DNA of 64,000 nt from an uncultured Poribacteria bacterium (GTDB lineage Bacteria; Poribacteria; WGA-4E; WGA-3G), in NCBI GenBank assembly GCA_951813565.1, contig OX638351.1:1824001-1888000 (forward strand), in the 5' to 3' direction. The position numbers were made by a program, and so were the translations under genes. The notes below the pieces were generated by a model that was not told the DNA's origin, did not search any database, and saw only the letters and a program-made list of their open reading frames with translations. Shown here piece by piece: positions 1 through 10,071 of the stretch. The stretch's first letter is position 1. The number at the start of each line of letters is the position of its first letter.

Positions 1-2
1 AG

Positions 3-860
3 ATTTTGCGTCCGATTGTCGTTGACCTTGTGAGTAGAACACGCCATGAGGAGACATCTCGATGGGCAGATGCTGTACCTGTCTTAAGACCTGTTTTTAA
101 GAGACTTGATAGTATATGGGAGGACAATCAAGCGAACAAAGCAGAACTTGATATATCGGCATTTACACAGACGCTCCTCGCGGATGAGTTTGAACCTACT
201 GTTGCTACAGTTGAGGAAGCACTCCGCAACGGAGTCAAGCCAACCGACATCTGCCGCGCCATGACCTATGCCTCGGCAATTCGCACTGCCCGGTTCCATC
301 TCAAAAACGAAGGCGACTGGCACGATGTTGCGAACATTTACTCTTACGCTCACGCCCTTTATCACGCTTTTCAGTATTCGCCAAGTGCTAACCTACTGCG
401 TGGTATATTTCACGGTGTGGTTTACTTGGCATATCTGCGCTGGTTGAATATGCCTGCCGCTCGCATTCCCAAACCCGGGCAACGGGTGCCTGACGAAACT
501 TACGATTCGCCTAAAAAAATGTTAGAACGTCTTCAAGAATTCGCTGACTTCCAAAAAGTCTACGAAGCAGAGATTCTGGTAAACCAATATCTCGAAGAGG
601 GGCATGATGTAGACGCACTGAAACGAACGCTTGCACACATCCTGCTACGTGAAGACGCAGAACTCCACATGTTCCAGGTCCTTGAAGTTGCCTTCCGACA
701 TTACGACTTGTCAGATGACTTTGAAGAACAACGGATGCATCTATTGGCAGCAACGCGCTACATCACAGCACAGAAGTTGATGAAGAATATTTTGTGGTCC
801 ACCGAGAACGCGGAACGTCTTGCACGAGGTGAGTTACTTAGCGAACGCGACGATGACTAA
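3..860 (+). CDS. C-terminal part of a hypothetical protein resembling the helical C-terminus of long Rieske (2Fe-2S)-domain proteins; 5' end lies outside the window
   Basis: Frame is open from the window start; motifs ARFHLKNEGDW and LLREDAELHMFQ resemble this family as recalled. Confidence 0.55.
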   Translation: MLRPIVVDLVSRTRHEETSRWADAVPVLRPVFKRLDSIWEDNQANKAELDISAFTQTLLADEFEPTVATVEEALRNGVKPTDICRAMTYASAIRTARFHLKNEGDWHDVANIYSYAHALYHAFQYSPSANLLRGIFHGVVYLAYLRWLNMPAARIPKPGQRVPDETYDSPKKMLERLQEFADFQKVYEAEILVNQYLEEGHDVDALKRTLAHILLREDAELHMFQVLEVAFRHYDLSDDFEEQRMHLLAATRYITAQKLMKNILWSTENAERLARGELLSERDDD

Positions 861-1069
861 TATCTATCAAGCAGTCAGTCCCGTAGGTTGGGTAGAGCGG
901 TGAATGCCCAAGACACCTCCAACCTGTCAGGAAAATTCTGCTTTTCAATAATCTATTCATGGAAATCGACATAGCGAAACCCAACAAGCAAAGTTGCCCA
1001 TGTGGTAACGCGTTGAGTTTCCAACTTACACGTTTTGTTGACCGCACATTACGAAATAGAATTCCGCTT

Positions 1070-1270
1070 ATGCAAAACGCAAAACCCAAACTCATTCTTA
1101 CAGACTGGCTTGAAACTTCACCCAACTCAAGACGAGATTTTCTTGCCAAAGTAGGTAAGGGTACATTACTTGTGAGTTTGGGCATGTTTGGCGCAGGCTG
1201 CGAAACCGTCAACCGTGGAATCCCAAGGGCTATCTCGGTAATGTTATTCACAGGTTGCCTGTTTCAATAA
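1070..1270 (+). pseudogene. Short ORF with Tat-lipoprotein-like signal; probable gene remnant
   Basis: SRRDFL twin-arginine motif, hydrophobic stretch and GAGC, then a stop about 22 codons later. Confidence 0.35.
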
Positions 1271-1294
1271 CCGCATAAATAGAAGGATTTAGAA

Positions 1295-1777
1295 ATGAAA
1301 CTTGGTGTAATGTCAGACAGCCACGACAACATTCCGAATGTCAAACGCGCTGTAGCACTTTTCAACGAAATCGGTGTGGATCTTGTTGTCCATGCAGGTG
1401 ATTTTATCGCTCCGTTTGCGATTGACCCGTTAGCCGATTTGAAATGTCGTGTTGTCGGTGTTTTCGGCAACAATGATGGCGAACGCGTTGTCCTTGCGAA
1501 AAAGTTTGAAACTATCGGTGAGGTGCATCCGAACCTTGCCAGCACATCACTCGGTGGCAAGACCATCGCAGTAATGCATTATCCTGAACTTGCTATCCCA
1601 ATTGCAAAAAGTGGAGAATATGACATCGTTGTCTATGGACACACGCATAAGATAGACATTCAAAAAGGTGAATCTCTATTGCTTAATCCAGGGGAAACAG
1701 GTGGTTGGACGACGGGAAAGGCTACGGTTGCTGTTGTGGATATTGAGACGCTTGAAGCAACAATTCATGAACTGTAG
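1295..1777 (+). CDS. Metallophosphoesterase, YfcE/MJ0936 family
   Basis: DSHD, HAGD, GNND and YGHTH calcineurin-like motifs, LNPGE; aagga RBS. Confidence 0.92.
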   Translation: MKLGVMSDSHDNIPNVKRAVALFNEIGVDLVVHAGDFIAPFAIDPLADLKCRVVGVFGNNDGERVVLAKKFETIGEVHPNLASTSLGGKTIAVMHYPELAIPIAKSGEYDIVVYGHTHKIDIQKGESLLLNPGETGGWTTGKATVAVVDIETLEATIHEL

Positions 1778-1802
1778 CAGTGTGAGTGTTACATGTAGGA
1801 TA

Positions 1803-2050
1803 TTATAGTGAAATCCAAAATTATTTGGACACTTTGGTTCTTGTGTGAATTTCAAAACACCTTGAATGTAAAGAGGCGCAATGAATTGCGCGACTACAAA
1901 CGCCACTAACCTAAAGAAAATGTAAATGTATTTTTAGATTTGGCTCATGTAAAGAATGAGTGCGAATGAAAATAGTTAACCCGCATGGTCACTGCCTTCA
2001 TGAAAAACAATCGCACACACCTTTTACATGAGCGTTAGATTTTACTATAA
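1803..2050. mobile_element. MITE-like element with TTATAGT(G/A)AAATC termini carrying a REP-like hairpin; related copy at about 57047-57211
   Basis: ttatagtgaaatcc ... agattttactataa inverted ends; internal ctaacctaaagaaaatgtaaa shared with the copy at ~57171. Confidence 0.55.
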
Positions 2051-2052
2051 AT

Positions 2053-3318
2053 CTACTCAATATACCCCAAATTTCGTAACCTACCCTCTAAAATCTTTTT
2101 CTCCTCAGGTGTAGAGACTTGTGCTTGCAGGTGCTGATAATTAGAATTCATCAAAATCTCGTCGTAAACATCACGGAATCGCTCCGGGTCTTCGCAAGTC
2201 ATATCTTCACTGCTCATAATGTGCCGATAGACAAAATCACCCGTCTGCTCATCTTCACGGTAAAGATGCTCACCATCCGTTAGCGACCAGAGGCGCACCC
2301 CTTCTGAATACTTACTAATCTCTTCGTTATCGACTGTCGTCCGGGAAGTCACGCGGTGATGCGGCATCTCCAAATTCTTCTGACTGAGGAATCCGATACC
2401 ATATAAACTATCTAATTCAGATAATACCAAGCGGTTGTCATCAATTTCAGTTGGGTATAGTAAATCTTTTCCATATCCGTGATAGTCCGTTTCAACACCA
2501 GCAAGGTTCGTAATCGTTGGGAATAGGTCAATTGCTGAAATCGGTGCATTTGGAAATTCTAATGTCTCAACACCAGGGATATGTGCTAACAGCGGCACAT
2601 GTAAGACGTTCTGATTGAGTGTGCTGCCGTGATCAATAATTTCATCGCAAATACCTTCCCCATGGTCGCCAAAGATAAAGACTGCCCATTCTGGCAGCGC
2701 AAGTTGTTTTAGAATTTCAACCAACTTAAACTCAAGTATATGCGTTGCGGCGGCGTAGTAAAACCGTAACGCTTCATCTGTTTTGCCATGTTTTACAAGA
2801 GAACCGAGACTCGGTGCGCCCGGAATGCCGCTCATCCCGTATCCGCCATGTGTATACCAAAAATGTAGAAAACAGAATTGCGGTGTCTCCGAAGGTTGCT
2901 TCAGATGATGTATCAGGTCTTCAAGCGAACCGAGTTGCTGTGCTTTCGCGTTTGGGTCAATGGGCGTGATAAACGACTCATAATCAAGGAAGCGAAACAC
3001 CTCCGCGCGTTCTGAACGCCCTGTAATGTAATAGCCCGCATCAGCAAACAACTGAAATAGGTTCGGAATACCCTCAAACATCTTGAGGTAGGTTTGCCCA
3101 TAAACGCCATGTTCAAACGGATAAAGACCTGTAAAATAGGACGTATGAGAAGGACGCGTGGCAGGGGCAGCTACAAAAAACTTTTCCGCGAGTGAGAAAT
3201 CCTTGGTCAGTAGGTCAAATTTTGGTGTATTGAAGAGAGAGTTAGTCCGACTGAGTGCGTCATATCGCCAACAATCAATTGAAATGAGTAGAAATTTATT
3301 GACAGATTTGGTTTCCAT
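2053..3318 (-). CDS. Sulfatase-like hydrolase/transferase (alkaline phosphatase superfamily)
   Basis: ISIDCWRYD, TRPSHTSYFTGLYP, FGDHGE, HVPL and terminal RLRNLGYIE. Confidence 0.85.
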   Translation of the reverse strand: METKSVNKFLLISIDCWRYDALSRTNSLFNTPKFDLLTKDFSLAEKFFVAAPATRPSHTSYFTGLYPFEHGVYGQTYLKMFEGIPNLFQLFADAGYYITGRSERAEVFRFLDYESFITPIDPNAKAQQLGSLEDLIHHLKQPSETPQFCFLHFWYTHGGYGMSGIPGAPSLGSLVKHGKTDEALRFYYAAATHILEFKLVEILKQLALPEWAVFIFGDHGEGICDEIIDHGSTLNQNVLHVPLLAHIPGVETLEFPNAPISAIDLFPTITNLAGVETDYHGYGKDLLYPTEIDDNRLVLSELDSLYGIGFLSQKNLEMPHHRVTSRTTVDNEEISKYSEGVRLWSLTDGEHLYREDEQTGDFVYRHIMSSEDMTCEDPERFRDVYDEILMNSNYQHLQAQVSTPEEKKILEGRLRNLGYIE

Positions 3319-3322
3319 ATTT

Positions 3323-4681
3323 TTAATCAATTAACCTTGCATTATACTGCCTTGCAGTATGTTGATAGCCTTCAAATAGGTCGGGATCAAAAGGATGAGG
3401 TGTATAGATATAAACTGCATCGCTATACGGGTCGTAGAGGATAACCTCTTCGCGAGCATCGCCACAAACATCAGCAGGAAAACAGTGATACCATCCCATT
3501 TTACCACCAGTGGGAGGTGGCAGTTCAGGAAACGTTACCACCTTGTTACCCTCACCATCATAAAGTGCAGCAGGACTGTAAGTCAATTCGGGGTTTCCTA
3601 AACCGTGCCAGCGGATAACCTCTAATCCTGTATTATTCGGTGTTTCATCAACACGGAATCGACTCCGAATCTGTTCATTGTTGTCCACCACCATTAAATC
3701 TGGATGATGTCCATTATAGCGGATAACTAAATTAGGGGACGCATCTGGGAGTAGATTACCATATCGGATCTCTTGTCCATGTGGCACGACGTCAAATCCG
3801 AGTGAAAACACAGAATTACCTTCAGCATCAACGATTTGTCCACCGCCAGAAAGGATAGCGCGGTTCTCACCATTCCACTCCTCAACCAAAACAGAGTCGA
3901 TATTTTCCCCAAGGTATTTATCCCAAAGGACTGTCCCATCAGCAGCAAGCCCAAAGTTGCCCCCGTTGACCTCATCAAGACCATCACCGTTGAAATCGCC
4001 AACTGCGGGGATGTATGCGGAATGCTTTGGATACCGAAACCATCTGTCGGTATGCTGCCAGAGCAGTTCAAGGTTATGGTTAAAGGCAAGCACATTAACG
4101 CCAACCTTAACGACAAAATCCTGTGGCTGCGGATTTCCGCTGAAATTGGCAATCATCAACCGTTGATGAACATAATTAGGGATATGGCGTTCGCCTTCCG
4201 CGTCCGCATCGCATTGCTGAAGTGCTTCAGACACTATAGAACGTTTAACAGCACCCGTTGCCCCATCTAAAATCATCAGACAAATTGCAGACAGATCCCA
4301 TTTGCTCGCTTGCGCGATATCTGAATCTATCCAGAAGCAGATAACCTCTGCCTGACCATCTGCATCAATATCGTAAATTGCAACGGGACCTGGACGGTCA
4401 GGTGAAAGTGTTTTAAGGGTTGTGGCCTCCGCGTCTATATCTCTGGTTTCCAGACGTTTATCCCCTAAAGACCAGAGCGGTTCACCTTCAAGCGTAAATG
4501 CACCGAGAAAACATGGATGGATACCACCAAGTGACTTGTAAACCAGAAAATCAGCGGTGCCGTTGCCTGTCAAATCACCGATGCGAATATCACCACCCCA
4601 CGAGCGTCCCGCTGTATCATTGAGAAATTCGTCTGGAATTGCAACCCGTTTATAGAGGTGTGCTTCTTGTGGTGTATTCAC
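3323..4681 (-). CDS. FG-GAP/beta-propeller protein, rhamnogalacturonan lyase (PL11)-like
   Basis: Repeated Dx[DN]xDG-type loops (GDLTGNG, YDIDADG, GDFNGDG, ADVCGDAREEV). Confidence 0.55.
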   Translation of the reverse strand: MNTPQEAHLYKRVAIPDEFLNDTAGRSWGGDIRIGDLTGNGTADFLVYKSLGGIHPCFLGAFTLEGEPLWSLGDKRLETRDIDAEATTLKTLSPDRPGPVAIYDIDADGQAEVICFWIDSDIAQASKWDLSAICLMILDGATGAVKRSIVSEALQQCDADAEGERHIPNYVHQRLMIANFSGNPQPQDFVVKVGVNVLAFNHNLELLWQHTDRWFRYPKHSAYIPAVGDFNGDGLDEVNGGNFGLAADGTVLWDKYLGENIDSVLVEEWNGENRAILSGGGQIVDAEGNSVFSLGFDVVPHGQEIRYGNLLPDASPNLVIRYNGHHPDLMVVDNNEQIRSRFRVDETPNNTGLEVIRWHGLGNPELTYSPAALYDGEGNKVVTFPELPPPTGGKMGWYHCFPADVCGDAREEVILYDPYSDAVYIYTPHPFDPDLFEGYQHTARQYNARLID

Positions 4682-5445
4682 TGAACAAATGCCTTGAAAA
4701 GTCCAACGTAGAGTGCTAAGACTTTTTCGGGGTCAGGTCCCGTATAAGCACATTCGTTGGAGATGTAGCCGGAGAAACCGATGCGATTGAGCCATTCGAA
4801 CATTTGCCGATAGAGCTCAAAAGTTTCCGGTACTTCCACCTTGTGGGTATGGACTGAAGTAATATGAGGTGCTACACGTGAAAAGAGTGGTTCAATGCTT
4901 TCCGCATCGCAACCGACAAATTGTGAATTGAAGACAAAACCAACATTCGGAAGATGGACACCTTCAATCACTTCCATCGCAGAATCCGGGTCAGTAAAAG
5001 AACCGTGCATCTCAATAGAGACAGTAATATCTTTCTTACCAGCATAAGTGCCAAGAGCCTTTAATCCATCAATAACATAACCGACAACCGTATCACGGTT
5101 TTCATCGCTGTATCTGTCTCCAAGCACACGGACATGATAACATTCCATAAATTCCGCCATGTCAATCACGCGTGTAACGCGACGGACTGTCTCTTCGCGA
5201 TCAGCAGCATTTTCTGAGTGGAAATTTTGGCAACTCGTTAGCGAAGAAATTACAACGCCACTTGCATCTACTTGTGTTTTTAATCCATCCCATGCATCTT
5301 TCGGGGTATCCCACTCAAACCCATGCTTCTGTTTGTAATCCATTAGCAGTTCAACACCGTGATAGCCTGTAGCCTCAGCGGTATCAAGAATTCGCTTGAG
5401 TTCCCAATCTTGACACGTTTGATATGTATTTAATGCCCACTTCAT
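4678..5445 (-). CDS. Sugar phosphate isomerase/epimerase (xylose isomerase-like TIM barrel)
   Basis: GYHGVEL, SIEMHG, GFSGYISNE. Confidence 0.85.
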   Translation of the reverse strand: MKWALNTYQTCQDWELKRILDTAEATGYHGVELLMDYKQKHGFEWDTPKDAWDGLKTQVDASGVVISSLTSCQNFHSENAADREETVRRVTRVIDMAEFMECYHVRVLGDRYSDENRDTVVGYVIDGLKALGTYAGKKDITVSIEMHGSFTDPDSAMEVIEGVHLPNVGFVFNSQFVGCDAESIEPLFSRVAPHITSVHTHKVEVPETFELYRQMFEWLNRIGFSGYISNECAYTGPDPEKVLALYVGLFKAFVQ

Positions 5446-5451
5446 ATAATT

Positions 5452-6522
5452 CTACTCCTGAATTGGAATCGGGTACCAGAGTCCGCCAGTTTTAGATGAT
5501 AAAGCCAAGTGCGTAGTATCATGAATGCCAATAACATCTACTATGATCTGGTTCTGTTGACACTGACGTAGGACATCTAATAACTTGTAAGACCCTTTGC
5601 TTGCCTCGTCAGTTACGAGAACAAAACGTCGATTTGACCCTTCTCGAAATTTGACACGTCGAATCGCCTTTACGATCGCATTGTGTGCGCGTTCATCGCC
5701 TGCTGCCGCCACTACGTGTGTAGTCAATAACCTTTTATACCGTTCACTGTCCCTTGTCTGTGGATGGATAATTGTATCACCTTCAAGGTACCTAAAGATG
5801 ACAATACCGAGCGTAAAGTCAACGTCTTTTTCTTCAAATACCGTTACCATCTGACTAAGTTGTCTGCCGACAGCGCGGATATTATCTATCATACTCCCAC
5901 TGATGTCAAGCAGAAAAACGATGTCAACGACACGTTCATTTTTACTATCAGCAACACTTTCGGCAATCCCTTCCAATGCTTCTCCCATCATTCCGTCTCG
6001 ATCAACAGGTAGTGGTGCTTTTTCCGCAATTTGCTCAATTGTTCCCGATTGTTCCTGTAATTTTTCCGCAATAGGCGTAATTGTAGGTGATTGTGTTTTC
6101 GCTACCGGTATTGATTTCCACTCTGGTGACTCTGTCGCATGCTCACTAAGCGATATCTCCGCTAAAGGCAAATTTGCGTCTGTTCCTAATGTTATCATTG
6201 ACTCGCTTGTCGTAATAGGCCGTTCGGAAATCATCGGTTGTGGAGTGCTTTGATCGGTAATCTGTACCGCATTCGAAGAAACTGGACGACGCTTTGGCAT
6301 TGAACGTTTGCGCTCACTACTCAGGTGGAAACGTTTGACCGTTGACACGACCATTGCTTCTTCAATCAAGGATTCCGAAGGAAGCATTGGTCGATACCAC
6401 CGCACGTAACTTATACCCGTAAGCGCTATTACGACAACGTGCAAAACTACCGATATCAAAAATGCGCGCCGGGTTTTTCTGCGTTTTTGCTGAAGTTTTT
6501 CTGAATAGGCATCAAAAAGCAT
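5452..6522 (-). CDS. Membrane-anchored VWA-domain protein
   Basis: N-terminal TM helix (ISVVLHVV), S/T/P-rich linker, MIDAS motif DISGSM, LVTDE. Confidence 0.85.
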   Translation of the reverse strand: MLFDAYSEKLQQKRRKTRRAFLISVVLHVVVIALTGISYVRWYRPMLPSESLIEEAMVVSTVKRFHLSSERKRSMPKRRPVSSNAVQITDQSTPQPMISERPITTSESMITLGTDANLPLAEISLSEHATESPEWKSIPVAKTQSPTITPIAEKLQEQSGTIEQIAEKAPLPVDRDGMMGEALEGIAESVADSKNERVVDIVFLLDISGSMIDNIRAVGRQLSQMVTVFEEKDVDFTLGIVIFRYLEGDTIIHPQTRDSERYKRLLTTHVVAAAGDERAHNAIVKAIRRVKFREGSNRRFVLVTDEASKGSYKLLDVLRQCQQNQIIVDVIGIHDTTHLALSSKTGGLWYPIPIQE

Positions 6523-6612
6523 GTCCTGCTTCTCCGATTTAGGTGGAGTCCATTATTAGTTTAACGCTAATAATCCCAAAAACGCAACGCTATTGTTTTT
6601 CAAACAAACCTT

Positions 6613-9165
6613 TTAAGAGGATATGATTGAAACCGTTCCCTGATTCCCATCAACTTGAAGCATTTGCCCATCAGTGATATTTTGCGTAGCATTTGGGATG
6701 TTCGCAACTGCCGGAACACCATATTCCCTTGCGACAACCGCCCCATGCGACAGTAGACCGCCGCGTTCCATCACTAAACCTGCTGCATGTAGAAAAAGCG
6801 GTGTCCAAGCTGGATCGGTTGAGGGACAGACGAGAATATAATCCCGTTCAAAGAGTTGAATATCAGAGGGGTTCAATAGCACACGCGCCTGTCCTTTCGC
6901 TATACCACCGGAAACACCCATGCCTGTATATGTATCCGCTGCACCGCTTGGCAACGGAGCACCTATGCAATCAAGCGAATCACTAAAAATAACGTCCGGC
7001 ATGTCAATCTGTAGCAAAAACTCACGTTGTGCCTTACGTTCAGCAATCACATCACTGAATTCTTCACCATCAATAAGTTGCTCTAATTCACATGGCACCA
7101 GATAGAAAATGCCTCCGTTAAGCGTATAACGGTTATCCAATTCAACTAAAGCGCGTCGAATTTGTTCATAGCCGAGCATCAAGTAAAATTTCGCTGTTTC
7201 CCGAAAAGGCATATAACGTCTTGTAAAATCCAACTCACTTTCAATCTGTTTTCGCAATCCTACCTTATTTTTTATAACCTCAGCAAGTTCTTTTTCTGCC
7301 GTATTACGCTGCTCTATTTGTCGCGCAAAATGTTGGCTACCATTTTGTGTTTCTTCGTCAGGTTCTGAAACTTCTTGTGAAAAGGATGCAATTATCTGTT
7401 CAAGATATGAAGTATCTTCGCGCCACCGCGGTTGTGCCAATTCAAATTCATTGACAGCGCGATGTCCATAGTCTTTTAGAAAATCGGTAAGTGAAATTTG
7501 TCCCTTTGCAACTTCCCACAACTTTTCATTCGTTTCAACGGTGAGATTACCAGAAAGCCCGCTGATAAGTCTACTTACCAATCCCTTCGCCTCTGTTTCA
7601 TCAATACATTTCTGGAGTGTGGCTTCCAACCGTTGAAGTGAAAACGCAGCAAGAAGAGTAGCGGTAAGGGCTTTCGGTGCGAAATCATCTAACGTTTTTC
7701 TGCACCACTCTTGAAACTTTTCGACCAATTCCGCATCAGAAAGTTCTGAATAAGACAAATTCTGTTCGGCTGCAACCATCTCACGAAACTTCGGGAATTC
7801 CTGTTCTGTCAACACTTGATCGAAGTCTGAGCGAAACTTTCTTAATTGTAATTCTGCTTTTGTCATGCGGATTATGTGGAGTGGGAGTTTAAACCAAAAT
7901 GATGATGTACTATGCTTAATATTTGGCGTTGCTTGTGCATACATCGCTTTTTGCGGGTTCTGTTTCAGTTCTGCAAAATCGTGTGCAAACGGGAAACCGT
8001 TAAAGAAAAGTTCCGACTCACGGTTCAAATTGACATAAATTCTTCCACAGATTAGGTCTAAAATACCCGATCTATCTACCCGTTTGCTTGGATAGAAACC
8101 TAAACCACGATAAGCTTTGCCTAAGCCACCAGTACCTGACATAAATTTTCTCATAATTGCCCAGGTCATTGGCAACGGGGCGGGTAAAACTTCGGCAAGA
8201 TTATGATGACTCCATAACGTGCCGTGGGTATCTGCAAGCGTTTTGAGTATTTGGATCTCTGACTGACGATGTTTCTCAATTTCACTGTCTTTTTGGTCAA
8301 TTGAAATATGAGTCTGCGCGTGTGTTGTAATTGGTCTCGCCTGCAACAAAACAAACTTTCCATCCGCAAGTGCCCACTCAATATCCATCGGTTTTCCATA
8401 CAAAGTTTCAACTTGAATGCCGAGTTGTCCCAATTGTTTTAACTGTTCATCTGTGAGACTTGGAATATTTTGCTTTGCAGAGGAAACCTCGCTCACACCA
8501 GATATTGTTATCATTTCCTGTTTTGTTGCGACGGTTCTATCCAATACCTCACCGGTTTCTCGCGAGATTTGGAAACTGTCAGGTGTAATAGCACCAGAGA
8601 CAACAGATTCGCCTAACCCCCAATTCGACTCAATAATACTAACGTTCTTATCATAAGGACTGACAGTAAAAAGCACACCGGAAACATCTGCTGCACACAT
8701 CTCTTGAACAACAACTGCCATCGCCAAACCCCCATCAGGGATGCCTTGTGTGCGACGGTAAGCAATTGCCCGCTCAGACCAGAGAGATGCCCAGCACGTT
8801 TTCAGCGCGTCCAAAAGTTCATCAGATGTTACATTCAAGAAGGTATCCTGTTGTCCCGCAAAACTGGCTTCTTCTAAATCTTCGGCTGTCGCGCTGGATC
8901 GTACAGCTACTGTATCTGTCCGCAATTCGTCTCTCGCTTTTAGGATGGTTTCAATCAATTCAGGTGCTAAGACCACGTTTTTAACACTACTCGCGTTCTG
9001 TTCAGATAAGTGCTCAACAGAAAATCGGTAGGCATCTGTGGTAACGCAGATGCCTTGTGGAACTGAAAAACCTGCCCGCGTCAATTTCCCAAGATGCAGA
9101 CCTTTTCCACCGACACGTGGAAGATCATCTTCGTCAATTTCTAAGAAACGTCTGATAAATTGCAT
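6613..9165 (-). CDS. PEP synthase/rifampin phosphotransferase-like protein (ATP-grasp, central substrate domain, His swivel domain)
   Basis: VGGKG, AVRSSATAEDL, SFAGQQDT, DIEWA, LQARPIT; C-terminal TDPAWTP and SHGAVVAREYG; start placed at MQFIRR. Confidence 0.85.
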   Translation of the reverse strand: MQFIRRFLEIDEDDLPRVGGKGLHLGKLTRAGFSVPQGICVTTDAYRFSVEHLSEQNASSVKNVVLAPELIETILKARDELRTDTVAVRSSATAEDLEEASFAGQQDTFLNVTSDELLDALKTCWASLWSERAIAYRRTQGIPDGGLAMAVVVQEMCAADVSGVLFTVSPYDKNVSIIESNWGLGESVVSGAITPDSFQISRETGEVLDRTVATKQEMITISGVSEVSSAKQNIPSLTDEQLKQLGQLGIQVETLYGKPMDIEWALADGKFVLLQARPITTHAQTHISIDQKDSEIEKHRQSEIQILKTLADTHGTLWSHHNLAEVLPAPLPMTWAIMRKFMSGTGGLGKAYRGLGFYPSKRVDRSGILDLICGRIYVNLNRESELFFNGFPFAHDFAELKQNPQKAMYAQATPNIKHSTSSFWFKLPLHIIRMTKAELQLRKFRSDFDQVLTEQEFPKFREMVAAEQNLSYSELSDAELVEKFQEWCRKTLDDFAPKALTATLLAAFSLQRLEATLQKCIDETEAKGLVSRLISGLSGNLTVETNEKLWEVAKGQISLTDFLKDYGHRAVNEFELAQPRWREDTSYLEQIIASFSQEVSEPDEETQNGSQHFARQIEQRNTAEKELAEVIKNKVGLRKQIESELDFTRRYMPFRETAKFYLMLGYEQIRRALVELDNRYTLNGGIFYLVPCELEQLIDGEEFSDVIAERKAQREFLLQIDMPDVIFSDSLDCIGAPLPSGAADTYTGMGVSGGIAKGQARVLLNPSDIQLFERDYILVCPSTDPAWTPLFLHAAGLVMERGGLLSHGAVVAREYGVPAVANIPNATQNITDGQMLQVDGNQGTVSIISS

Positions 9166-9304
9166 AAACTTAGATTGTTTAAAAAGGATGGAACTATTGG
9201 AATAGTATAGCAAAATCTTTCTGGCGAATGCAAATAAGTTTGGGTTTCTGCTGGTAAGGGAAGGATAACTTAAAATAATGAATAACAACTTTTAGAATTT
9301 TTTG

Positions 9305-9905
9305 TTAATCATCATGACCATCGTCTTTATGTTCATTTTCATCGTGATCATCGTCATCGTCATCCATATCGTCATCGTCATCCATATCGTCATCATCGTT
9401 ATCATGGTCTTCGTCCATGCCATCATGCTCATCCATGTCATCGTTATCATGGTCGTCCATACCGTCATCATGGTCATGCTGCACGACAACCTCTTGTGCT
9501 TCCTGTTGATTAATCCAGTCTCTGAAAAGTTGAATTTCCGCATCAGGCAGCGGTGGACCGTTAAGGGGCATGTTGCCAGATATGATTTCTTCAATCACTT
9601 CACTTTCTTCAGCATTACCCGGGATGAATACAGGACCGTGTTCCCCTCCAGCTATAAAAGACTCGTATGTTCTGAAATCCAGACCGTGAGGACCATCAGC
9701 AACATGACATCCAGCCAGCGCACATTTTGCTGTAAGATATTGGCAAAATATTTTGTTCAAAGGAAACTTCAATATCAACAGATTCGTGAACTTCCATAGA
9801 AGAGGAAATGTCACCTGGCATTATGACATCTGCAGGCTCACGAGTACATCCAAGTATACAAAATAGCAATCCGACAGTAAGTAAGAGAAATCTTTTTGTG
9901 TTCAT
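9305..9905 (-). pseudogene. Planctomycete-type cytochrome c lipoprotein with His/Asp/Met-rich tail, split by a 1-nt frameshift near 9738 (pseudogene or sequence error)
   Basis: ORF 9696-9905 gives lipobox ILGC and VSFEQNILPI; ORF 9305-9814 continues LTAKCALAGCH...MP...WINQ; removing one base joins them. Confidence 0.8.
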
Positions 9906-10071
9906 AACTATAAATAGTTACCTCCCCAATTTAATTTTTTATCTGTTTTCTAACTAAAAGATACTGCTCAAGAAGTGCAGAGCCTCTAACCGCACATCGC
10001 TGCAGCCAATTTAAAGAAAGGATAACATCTTTTGAGATAACCATCAAGGAAAAGTTGATTTCTTGTTTCAT

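Noticed and set aside
9302..9799. Ile/Val-rich 165-aa plus-strand ORF
   Set aside because: Antisense reading of the Asp/His codon repeats
9960..10010. Possible riboswitch upstream of the cytochrome gene
   Set aside because: GC-rich patch, but no aptamer consensus recognisable by eye
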